This document shows positions 10,805 through 19,211 of a DNA stretch of 64,000 nucleotides, piece after piece (positions within the stretch are counted from its first letter, which is position 1; every line of letters starts with the position of its first letter). The DNA is from Acutalibacteraceae bacterium. Lineage in GTDB: Bacteria > Bacillota > Clostridia > Oscillospirales > Acutalibacteraceae. Below the pieces are notes generated by a model. The model saw nothing but the letters and a program-made list of their open reading frames with translations, did no database searches and was not told where the DNA came from. The position numbers and the translations under genes were made by a program. The DNA lies in the NCBI GenBank assembly GCA_045578625.1, contig JAZNKN010000057.1:17-64016 (forward strand), written 5' to 3'.

Positions 10805-11494
10805 ATGATGAAACGTGTCTTTACGGCACTGAGAAAAAGCCCTTTCTACAAGGGCTTTTTCTTGTTATTGCCCTATGTTTTATGCGTAGCCATTGTGTTC
10901 AGCGGTGTCATACTACTGTATCGCGAGGTCATTGCGCCATCGCCGTATTTCCGCACGCTGTTCACGGGGAACATGAGCAGCACGAGCACGGATAACAGCG
11001 GCGATACCGAGCCGGTCACCAGACCGGAGGACGTGGAACCGGACCCGGGTCATATCCCTGTCATCCCTTTCGAAAGTCAGTGGGCTACGCTCACGGTGGA
11101 CGGTTGGGAGGAGACCGAGATCCCCGTCTTTTTCGGTGACAGTACGGCGATCCTGAAACAGGGTGCCGGTATGTGGTTTAATTCGCGCTTTTGCGGGCAG
11201 GGCGGCAAGACGGTTCTCTCCGCTCACGTGACTCGCCATTTTTACGAGATCGAGGACACCGAGGTCGGCACGCTCATCACGATGGATACCGTGTACGGTA
11301 AGTATGTGTATCAGGTCTCGGAGATCAAGGTGTTCAACTATCGAGATAATTCGCTCATCAAGCAAGATGACAGTAAAAACACCTTGGTTATGTACACCTG
11401 CTATCCCCGTGAGAACGGCTATCGTACTAAGACGGAGCGTATCGCCTTGATCTGCACGATGGTCAGCGGAAAGGAGTGGGCGACCTATGGCTAA
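10805..11494 (+). CDS. Sortase family transpeptidase (membrane anchored)
   Basis: N-terminal TM helix, His motif LSAHVTRH, Cys motif LVMYTCYP (TLxTC-like), and a downstream Arg (ERIALI). Confidence 0.75.
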   Translation: MMKRVFTALRKSPFYKGFFLLLPYVLCVAIVFSGVILLYREVIAPSPYFRTLFTGNMSSTSTDNSGDTEPVTRPEDVEPDPGHIPVIPFESQWATLTVDGWEETEIPVFFGDSTAILKQGAGMWFNSRFCGQGGKTVLSAHVTRHFYEIEDTEVGTLITMDTVYGKYVYQVSEIKVFNYRDNSLIKQDDSKNTLVMYTCYPRENGYRTKTERIALICTMVSGKEWATYG

Positions 11495-13094
11495 ACGTGT
11501 ACTGCTTTCCGTTTCCCGCTCGGTGCTGTTTGTGCTGCTGATGCTGTCGTTCACCATCACACTGCTGCTGTTCTGTCTGCTGCATATCGTACTGTCCGAT
11601 ACGGTGTACCGTAGTATGCCGGAGGACGAGACGTTCGTTTCCGAGATGACCGAAATCGTACTCAAGGACCTGGAAGACGACGTGTGTGAGTTCTACGGCT
11701 TCCCGTATGAAGTCCTCCGCACCGCCGTCACCCCCGAATGGGTAAAGGAGTTGTCCCGACAGTATACCGGGTCGCTGTATGCGGCCACGGTGGGTGGTGG
11801 TGAGGTTGCCGCACCGCCGATAGATTCCGACGCGTATTATCGGGTCATTTTAGACTTCTTCAACGATCTACCCGCCGAGGAGCGGATGGAGAACCCCGAA
11901 GAGGAAGCAAGGCTGCTTGCCGAGGAATGCGCGGCAAGCACGGCGCAGGTGCTGCAAAGCGGTCTGGTGGAGCGCGTCATTCCGCCCGCGCACCGCTACA
12001 TATACGGCAATGCCACCGTCAAATTTGCGGCGGGGCTGTTCTTCCCGATGGTAGGTGTCACGGCACTGCTGTCGCTGCTCAGCCTGCTGTGGTTCGGCAG
12101 CACGTGGCGTCAGCGTCTGTATGCCACGGCGGGATCGCTGTTCCTGGGTAGTACGCTGCTTGCCGTGCCGCTGTGGTTGATTCGGCGGTATGATCTGGCA
12201 GGCAATCTGGCGATCGGTGCGAAAACGCCGCTCAAGCTGTACGTGGACGGTATTCTGAACGGTCTGGTCGAGCGTATGACCACCGTGGCCGTTTGGGTGT
12301 TTGCGGTGTGTGCCGCGTTGTTGCTTGTTTCTGTGGTGGCGGCCGTGTGGCCGTCCGAGAAGTCTAAGGGAAAAACCCCCATGAAGATCCTTTGCATCGG
12401 CAATAGCTTTTCACAGGATGCCACCCGCTATCTGGAGGGTATGGCAGGAGGCGAGTTGTATGTCCGCAACTGCTATATCGGCGGCTGCAGTCTGCAACGG
12501 CACTGCGATAATATTGAGGCGGACGCCGCGACGTACGATTACGAGAAAGAGGGCGTTGCCATCGAGCCGCAGGTCGCTTTGTCGGATGCGCTCACCCGCG
12601 AATCGTGGGATTGGGTGACGGTACAGCAGGTCAGCCACCAGTCCGGCAAGCCGGAATCGTATGAGCCGTGCCTGACCCAGTTGCTCGCCTACATCCGCGA
12701 GAAATGCCCGGGGGCGAAGATCGCGCTCCATCGTACGTGGGCGTACGAGACCGGCTCGGAGCATCCCGGCTTTGTGAATTACGACAACGACCGCGACGTG
12801 ATGTTTGATGCCATTTTGGAGGCTACCGAGCAGGCGGCTGCGGCGCACGACCTGCCCATCATTCGCGCCGGTGACGCGGTGCAGGAAGCCGGCAAACTGC
12901 CGGCGTTCGATGCTGCGGTGGGCGGTCAGTCGCTATATCGCGATATGTTCCACATGCACCTGATATATGGTCGCTATCTGGTGGCACTGCGCTGGTATAC
13001 GTTCTTTACCGGCAAGAGTGCCAAGACGGTGACCTTGGTTCCGGACGGTGCCGATGAAGCATTGCTGGACAAGCTCAAAGAGATCGCAGGGTAA
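11487..13094 (+). CDS. Polytopic membrane protein with C-terminal DUF4886/SGNH-hydrolase-like domain
   Basis: 535 aa with an 8-nt overlap with the sortase gene. It has several TM helices, and the C-terminal domain begins KILCIGNSFSQDATRY (GDSL/SGNH-like block I). Confidence 0.6.
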   Translation: MAKRVLLSVSRSVLFVLLMLSFTITLLLFCLLHIVLSDTVYRSMPEDETFVSEMTEIVLKDLEDDVCEFYGFPYEVLRTAVTPEWVKELSRQYTGSLYAATVGGGEVAAPPIDSDAYYRVILDFFNDLPAEERMENPEEEARLLAEECAASTAQVLQSGLVERVIPPAHRYIYGNATVKFAAGLFFPMVGVTALLSLLSLLWFGSTWRQRLYATAGSLFLGSTLLAVPLWLIRRYDLAGNLAIGAKTPLKLYVDGILNGLVERMTTVAVWVFAVCAALLLVSVVAAVWPSEKSKGKTPMKILCIGNSFSQDATRYLEGMAGGELYVRNCYIGGCSLQRHCDNIEADAATYDYEKEGVAIEPQVALSDALTRESWDWVTVQQVSHQSGKPESYEPCLTQLLAYIREKCPGAKIALHRTWAYETGSEHPGFVNYDNDRDVMFDAILEATEQAAAAHDLPIIRAGDAVQEAGKLPAFDAAVGGQSLYRDMFHMHLIYGRYLVALRWYTFFTGKSAKTVTLVPDGADEALLDKLKEIAG

Positions 13095-13139
13095 AACACA
13101 AGAGAGGACTTGCCACGGCCGTGGCAATTCCTCTCTTTT

Positions 13140-13397
13140 TTATGCCAGTATGTAGTACAGCGTGATGTGCAACGCGATGATCGCGGGCAACCCCAGCATA
13201 AAGCGTTTGTGCTTGGTCTTGTGGCGGAGCAGCAGCATCGTCAGGTACATTGCCAACGAGCCGCCGAGCAGCGCCAGAATGAAAAATAACTGTTCCGGTA
13301 CGCGTCGCCGCCGACCGCCGGCAATGCACTTGTCGTACACGGTCAGCAGAACCGACAGACCGTAGACGACCAACAAAGCAATTTCCAAGGGCTTCAT
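13140..13397 (-). CDS. DUF1294 family small membrane protein
   Basis: 85 aa with the typical DUF1294 sequence (DK..A..G.RRVPE..L..LALLGGS.G…HKT.K.RF). Confidence 0.7.
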   Translation of the reverse strand: MKPLEIALLVVYGLSVLLTVYDKCIAGGRRRRVPEQLFFILALLGGSLAMYLTMLLLRHKTKHKRFMLGLPAIIALHITLYYILA

Positions 13398-13491
13398 ATA
13401 CTACCTCACTCTTGTTTCCGTATTGTTGTTACAGATGATGTGTGTTTTGCGTCCGTGAGCCCGCAAAGCTGACCGCGGCTCGCGAAACGTC

Positions 13492-13809
13492 TTAGTTTTT
13501 TGCAAAAATACCGTACACCGACAGGTCGATGCGGCCGTTCTCGTCAAACACGATGCCCTCGGCCTCCAGCATGGCTCGCTGCATACCCTCACCGCCGAAA
13601 GCGAAGCCGGGTGCGGGCTCGCCGAAACGGTTGACGACCCGATGGCAGGGGATGACTCCCGGCTGCGGGTTGACGTGCAGCGCATACCCGACCACGCGCG
13701 CCCACCGCGGATTGCCCGCGAGCATGGCGACCATACCGTACGTGGCGACCCGCCCTGCCGGAATGGTGCGGACGACCTCATAAATGCGCTCAAATACCGA
13801 CCCGCTCAT
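13492..13809 (-). CDS. MGMT-family methylated-DNA-protein-cysteine methyltransferase domain protein
   Basis: Active-site IPCHRVV and the size of a stand-alone Ogt C-terminal/DNA-binding domain. The ATG at 13809 has a better SD spacing than the GTG at 13827. Confidence 0.75.
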   Translation of the reverse strand: MSGSVFERIYEVVRTIPAGRVATYGMVAMLAGNPRWARVVGYALHVNPQPGVIPCHRVVNRFGEPAPGFAFGGEGMQRAMLEAEGIVFDENGRIDLSVYGIFAKN

Positions 13810-13860
13810 CGAAACACGCCCTTTCACCTTTAGTATACCATAAATTGTTGCTGTTTTTCA

Positions 13861-14146
13861 ATGGTATATCGCTCGCGCTGATATACAGCGATATACCATC
13901 CGTTCCGCAAGGAACGCATCACTCAAAAAAGTCTCTTTTGTCCGGCAGACAAATCAGGTCTTAGAAGAATTAAAATGAAATATCCTTCGGATGTGAAATA
14001 ACGACCTGTGGTCATTGTGAAATATTCGGTGTTCCACCGAATGTGAAATAAAATAAATCCACCCACGCCCGCAGGCACTTCACTTGCCGAAGGCATACTT
14101 CACGCACCGAAGGTGTGCTTATCGTGCCGCAAGGCACACTTAGTTG
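13861..14146. repeat. Hairpin-array repeat element, copy A (left and right modules contiguous)
   Basis: No credible ORF. (A/G)TGAAAT words at 13975, 13993, 14017 and 14043 and inverted ACTTCAC words at 14077 and 14097 are each followed by a short palindrome. Bases 13975-14077 match 58446-58548 at 97/103 positions. Confidence 0.8.
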
Positions 14147-14188
14147 AAAAGAACCCACATTTGTCTACGACAAATGTGGGTTCTTTTC
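14147..14188 (-). terminator. Stem-loop terminator directly after tRNA-Gly
   Basis: gaaaagaacccacatttgtc-gta-gacaaatgtgggttcttttc abuts the tRNA 3' end, with U-rich flanks in both orientations. Confidence 0.75.
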
Positions 14189-14262
14189 TGGAGCGAGAGA
14201 CGGGAATCGAACCCGCACGGTCAGCTTGGGAAGCTGAAGTTCTACCACTAAACTACTCCCGC
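14189..14262 (-). tRNA. tRNA-Gly (anticodon CCC)
   Basis: The reverse complement is gcgggagtagtttagtggtagaacttcagcttcccaagctga…ggttcgattcccgtctctcgctcca. It has a 7-bp acceptor stem, anticodon stem tcagc/gctga with loop ttCCCaa, a T-arm GGTTCGATTCC and an encoded CCA. Confidence 0.9.
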
Positions 14263-14335
14263 ATCTGGTAACAGTGGTATCATACCACACTCACTTTTCA
14301 AAATCAAGAGCCTTTTTTGTCGCTTCCCGCCGCAA

Positions 14336-14363
14336 AAAGCAGGCAGCCGATACGGCTGCCTGC
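14336..14363. repeat. 28-bp direct repeat DR1 (hairpin gcaggcagccg-ata-cggctgcctgc)
   Basis: Identical to 15123-15150. On the minus strand it is followed by TTTTT, so it can act as the terminator for the HTH gene or, ancestrally, for the permease gene. Confidence 0.9.
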
Positions 14364-14372
14364 TACTGAAAT

Positions 14373-14576
14373 TTAATCCTCGGTTATTTCAAACAGTTCA
14401 TTGGGGTTGCAATGCAAAAGCAGACAGATGGTCTCAATATTCTCATAGCGAATGGATTTTGTGCGGTTATTTACCATGTTATTAAAGTTTTGATAACTCA
14501 TTCCCAACTGCTTGTATAACCAATATTTACTTTTCCCCTCACGTTCCAACAGCTCCAACACACGTAATTTAATCAT
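14373..14576 (-). CDS. Xre/Cro-CI family helix-turn-helix transcriptional regulator
   Basis: 67 aa, with MIKLRVLELLEREGKSKYWLYKQLGMSYQNFNNMV typical of the HTH_XRE family. GGAGAG lies 7 nt upstream of the ATG. The gene is AT-rich relative to its flanks. Confidence 0.8.
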   Translation of the reverse strand: MIKLRVLELLEREGKSKYWLYKQLGMSYQNFNNMVNNRTKSIRYENIETICLLLHCNPNELFEITED

Positions 14577-14631
14577 AAGATATCTCTCCATTAGTTATTG
14601 TTTTTATATGGATGATATCCTATTCTTGGGC

Positions 14632-14660
14632 TTTACATATAGACTAATACATTATATAAT
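14632..14660 (+). promoter_or_regulatory. Sigma-A-type promoter for the SLOG gene
   Basis: TTTACA (14632-37), a 17-bp spacer, then TATAAT (14655-60), inside the 112-bp divergent control region. Confidence 0.55.
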
Positions 14661-14688
14661 GAATAAATACACTATGGAGGGGGAGCAT

Positions 14689-15123
14689 ATGGAGCAGAAA
14701 ACGTGTTGTTTTGCCGGACATCGTCGGTTACCGATAGAGGAGATTCCATATATCAAGGAGAGGCTAAAGCAAGAAATCGAAGCGATGGTTTTATTGGGGG
14801 TGACGATCTTTCTTTCGGGAGGTGCTGCGGGATTTGATATGCTGGCAGCAGAAGTTGTAAATTCGCTTAAGCAAACCTATCCGCAGCTCCGCTTGATCTT
14901 TGTGCTTCCTTATGAGAAAGCCGAGACTAAAATACATGGCTTTCAAGCGGATGGGGATGTGGTTCTTTCGGTGAACTATTACCGTGGTTGCATGCATACT
15001 CGCAACCGATTTATGGTTGATCATTCGGCGTGGTGTATTGCCTATTTAAGAGCCGATTCGGGCGGTACAAAATATACGGTAGATCTGGCAAAAAAGAAAG
15101 GAATAAAACTGATACAAATATGA
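14689..15123 (+). CDS. SLOG-superfamily protein, DUF1273 (YpsA-like)
   Basis: Begins MEQKTCCFAGHRRLP, with FLSGGAAGFDMLAAEVV, CMHTRNRFMVDHS and GGTKYTVDLAKKKG, matching the clostridial DUF1273 pattern. SD GGAGGGGGAG. The stop overlaps DR2. Confidence 0.8.
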   Translation: MEQKTCCFAGHRRLPIEEIPYIKERLKQEIEAMVLLGVTIFLSGGAAGFDMLAAEVVNSLKQTYPQLRLIFVLPYEKAETKIHGFQADGDVVLSVNYYRGCMHTRNRFMVDHSAWCIAYLRADSGGTKYTVDLAKKKGIKLIQI

Positions 15124-15150
15124 AAGCAGGCAGCCGATACGGCTGCCTGC
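15123..15150. repeat. 28-bp direct repeat DR2 (same hairpin as DR1)
   Basis: aaagcaggcagccgatacggctgcctgc is identical to 14336-14363. It lies between the SLOG stop and the permease stop. Confidence 0.9.
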
Positions 15151-15170
15151 CTTTGTGTGTAACGGAAATC

Positions 15171-16748
15171 TTATTCCGCGACCTCGTCCTTTTCCTTGGA
15201 CAGGATCTGGTTGATGATGATGCCCAGGATCAGCGCGGTAGCGATCGAGGTGATCGTGACCTTGCCGAAGGTGAGGGACAGACCGCCGACACCGGCGATC
15301 AGGATGGCTGAAGCGGTGAACAGGTTGCGGTTCTTGTTCAGATCGACCTGCTGCAGCATCTTCAGACCGGAGACGGCGATGAAGCCGTACAGCGCCATGC
15401 ACACGCCGCCCATAACGCAGGAGGGAATGGAGTTGACGAACGCAACAAAGGGCGACAGGAAGGAGATCAGGATCGCACCGATCGCGGCAAATGCGATGGT
15501 GACGACCGAGGCGTTGCGGGTGATGGCCACGCAAGCGACCGATTCACCGTAGGTGGTGTTGGGGCAGCCGCCGAAGAACGCGCCCACCATCGAGCCGACA
15601 CCGTCACCCAGCAGGGTGCGGGACAGGCCGGGATCCTCAAGCAGATCCTTGCCGATGATGGAGGAGATGTTCTTGTGGTCAGCCACGTGCTCCGCAAACA
15701 CAACGAACGCGACCGGCAGATACGCCACGGCAATGGTGCCGACGTATTCCCAGTTCCACTCCTTCAAGCCGCCGATCGCGGTCAGGAAGGTAAAGGACGG
15801 CATATCGATGAAGGAAGAAAGCTTCACGCCGTCAGCAAACAGAGCAGTGAAGGGGGAATAATCGATGATTACCAAAGCTGCATTGCCGGTCAGATTGCCG
15901 ATGATCGCAAAGATCGAAGCGGCAGCATAGCCGGACAGGATGCCGATGATGAAAGGAATTAACTTTGCGAACTTCTTGCCGTAGGTAGAGCAGATCGTGG
16001 TGACGGCGAGTGTGATCAAACCGCAGATCAGTGCAACATATACCGAACCGTGATTGGCGGAAAGCGATTTTGTGCCATCCTCATTGACGGTAACGGAAAT
16101 GTCAGAGCGGATTTTTTCGGCAGGGATCGGCTTGGTCAGATCAACACCTTTTTCAACGACCAGATAGGTGCTTTCGCTGTTCTTAGTGGTCAAGTCGTAG
16201 GAGCCGTTATCCTCGTCGACAACATAATCCACCGAGTCGATAGCAACGACCTGAAAATCATTCACATCATAGGCGGTGACCTTGTTGGTTTTCTGCAGAT
16301 CGCCAATGGCGTTACCTGCCAGCGACAGACCGATGATGGCAACCGTGGGGCCGATAACGACAGCGGGCATCAGCTTGTTGAGCCAGCCCACGCCGACCGT
16401 CTTGACCAGGATGGCGATGACCACGTACACCAGACCGGCGAAGATGGCACCGATGATCAGGCCTAGATGGCCGAGGCTCATGGAGACACCGCCGGCGAAC
16501 GCCGCGGCCATCGAGCCGAGAAATGCGAAGGACGAGCCGAGGAACACGGGGCTGCGGAACTTGGTGAACAGCTGGTACACGAAGGTACCGCAACCGGCAC
16601 CGAACAGCGCCGCGGCAGGTTCCATACCGTTGCCGATGATGACCGGCACGACCAGCGTGGCCGCCATGATCGCCAGCAGCTGCTGGATGGCAAACACGAT
16701 AGTCTGCCCGAACTTGGGTTTGTCTTTGACGTCATAGATCAGGTTCAT
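15171..16748 (-). CDS. Uracil/xanthine permease (NCS2 family) with a ~85-aa hydrophilic insertion
   Basis: 525-aa polytopic protein with NCS2 signatures, located downstream of pyrR as in pyrR-pyrP operons. It carries an extra soluble segment at about residues 151-235. Confidence 0.8.
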   Translation of the reverse strand: MNLIYDVKDKPKFGQTIVFAIQQLLAIMAATLVVPVIIGNGMEPAAALFGAGCGTFVYQLFTKFRSPVFLGSSFAFLGSMAAAFAGGVSMSLGHLGLIIGAIFAGLVYVVIAILVKTVGVGWLNKLMPAVVIGPTVAIIGLSLAGNAIGDLQKTNKVTAYDVNDFQVVAIDSVDYVVDEDNGSYDLTTKNSESTYLVVEKGVDLTKPIPAEKIRSDISVTVNEDGTKSLSANHGSVYVALICGLITLAVTTICSTYGKKFAKLIPFIIGILSGYAAASIFAIIGNLTGNAALVIIDYSPFTALFADGVKLSSFIDMPSFTFLTAIGGLKEWNWEYVGTIAVAYLPVAFVVFAEHVADHKNISSIIGKDLLEDPGLSRTLLGDGVGSMVGAFFGGCPNTTYGESVACVAITRNASVVTIAFAAIGAILISFLSPFVAFVNSIPSCVMGGVCMALYGFIAVSGLKMLQQVDLNKNRNLFTASAILIAGVGGLSLTFGKVTITSIATALILGIIINQILSKEKDEVAE

Positions 16749-16795
16749 GCTTTTTCCTCCTACATTAAAACACTTTATGAATGAAGGCGTACGCC

Positions 16796-17490
<695 letters not shown>

Positions 17491-17590
17491 GGGTTTTTCA
17501 CAATTTTGTCGAACCGTGTCCGACACGCTTGCAGAAGTCTGAAATTTGTGATACCATACTGGAAGTGAGGATATAAAAAGGGGAGTAAGA

Positions 17591-18763
17591 ATGAAACGAG
17601 TATTTTTGATCGTACTGGATTCTTGCGGGATCGGTGCGCTGCCGGATGCCGCCGCGTTTGGAGACAGCGGCACTCACACGCTGCGCCGCATCGCCGCCTC
17701 CGAGCGCTTTGACGCGCGCAACCTGTGCGCTCTGGGTCTCGGCAATATCGAAGGTATGGCGTTCTTGCCGCAGACCGACACGCCCGAAGCGGCAGTCGGC
17801 CGCATGGCAGAGCGCTCCAACGGCAAGGATACCACCATCGGTCATTGGGAGATCGCCGGCGTGGTGTCGAAAAAGCCACTGCCCACCTATCCGCAGGGCT
17901 TTCCGGACGAGCTGTTGCAGGAGTTTTCTCGTCTTACCGGTCGGGGCTGGCTGTGTAATCAGCCCTATTCCGGTACCGACGTCATCCGCGATTACGGCGC
18001 GCAGCATTGCGAGACGGGCGATCTCATCGTCTACACCTCGGCGGACAGCGTGTTTCAGGTCGCGGCGCACGAGGAGCTTGTCCCTCTGGAGGAGCTGTAT
18101 GAGGCGTGCCGCATCGCCCGCCGTTTGTTGGTCGGCGAACACGCGGTAGGCCGCGTCATTGCGCGCCCCTTTGTCGGTGTGGCACCGCAGTTCACCCGCA
18201 CCGCCAACCGTCGGGACTTTTCGGTTCTCCCGCCGAGCAAGACGCTGCTGGACGCGGTGTCCGCAGCGGGCAAAACGGTGTGGACGGTCGGCAAGATCTC
18301 GGATATTTTTGCCGGTCAGGGCATCACGCACAGTGTCCCCACCCACGGTAACACCGAAGGACTTGGTGAGATCCTGCGTGCGGTCGAGGCGGACTTTGAG
18401 GGGCTGTGCTTCATCAATCTGGTGGATTTTGATATGCTGTACGGTCACCGCCAGGACGTGGACGGCTACGCCGCCGCGTTTGCGGAGTTTGACCGCTTTG
18501 TACCGCAGCTGCTGTCGCGTCTCGGTGAGGACGACGTGCTGATGATCACCGCCGACCACGGTTGCGATCCGGGTGACGAAAGCACCGACCACACCCGCGA
18601 ATACGTGCCGCTGCTCGTATACGGTGACGCGGTGCGTCCGGTGCCGCTCGGCACGCGCAACACCTTTGCGGATATTGCCGCCACTGTGGCGGAACTGCTG
18701 GACGTGCCGTTTGATTGCGTCGGGCAAAGCTTTTGGAACACGATCGGGGAGGCGAAGAAATGA
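17591..18763 (+). CDS. deoB: Phosphopentomutase
   Basis: 390 aa. Begins MKRVFLIVLDSCGIGALPDA and contains ITADHGCDP. Confidence 0.9.
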   Translation: MKRVFLIVLDSCGIGALPDAAAFGDSGTHTLRRIAASERFDARNLCALGLGNIEGMAFLPQTDTPEAAVGRMAERSNGKDTTIGHWEIAGVVSKKPLPTYPQGFPDELLQEFSRLTGRGWLCNQPYSGTDVIRDYGAQHCETGDLIVYTSADSVFQVAAHEELVPLEELYEACRIARRLLVGEHAVGRVIARPFVGVAPQFTRTANRRDFSVLPPSKTLLDAVSAAGKTVWTVGKISDIFAGQGITHSVPTHGNTEGLGEILRAVEADFEGLCFINLVDFDMLYGHRQDVDGYAAAFAEFDRFVPQLLSRLGEDDVLMITADHGCDPGDESTDHTREYVPLLVYGDAVRPVPLGTRNTFADIAATVAELLDVPFDCVGQSFWNTIGEAKK

Positions 18764-19164
18764 CACGTGAACAGCTTTGTGCCGCGGCAGTAGCGGCACG
18801 CAACACGGCGTATGCGCCGTATTCTGGTTGCCTGGTTGGTGCAGCGCTACTGACCGTGTCGGGCGCGGTGTACACCGGCAGTAACGTGGAAAACGCGTCG
18901 TACGGGGCAACGCTGTGCGCCGAGCGCACGGCGATCGTCAAAGCGGTCAGCGAGGGCGAGCGTCAGTTTACAATGCTGGCGATCGCGGGGGGCAAGGGCG
19001 AGCAACTCGATGGGGGCTTCCCGCCTTGCGGAATGTGCCGTCAGGTGTTGGCGGAGTTTTGCGCTCCCGACCTACCGGTACTGGTCGTCACCGGCGCGGA
19101 TACCTACACGGAATACACCTTGGCACAGCTGCTGCCGTATTCCTTCACGGCCGACAATCTCTGA
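18760..19164 (+). CDS. cdd: Cytidine deaminase
   Basis: ATGA overlap with the deoB stop. Zinc motifs CAERTA and PCGMCRQ. Confidence 0.9.
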   Translation: MTREQLCAAAVAARNTAYAPYSGCLVGAALLTVSGAVYTGSNVENASYGATLCAERTAIVKAVSEGERQFTMLAIAGGKGEQLDGGFPPCGMCRQVLAEFCAPDLPVLVVTGADTYTEYTLAQLLPYSFTADNL

Positions 19165-19211
19165 TCACGCATAAACACACGTCCCACCTCATATTTTGCA
19201 GTAAGTAAGCT

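Noticed and set aside
13975-14103. Possible CRISPR-like array (regularly spaced GTGAAAT repeats; also 58446-58592)
   Set aside because: The repeats are only 7 nt. The 'spacers' are 10-19 nt and are themselves palindromes. The word switches orientation halfway through. No cas genes or leader are present. It is reported instead as a structured repeat family.
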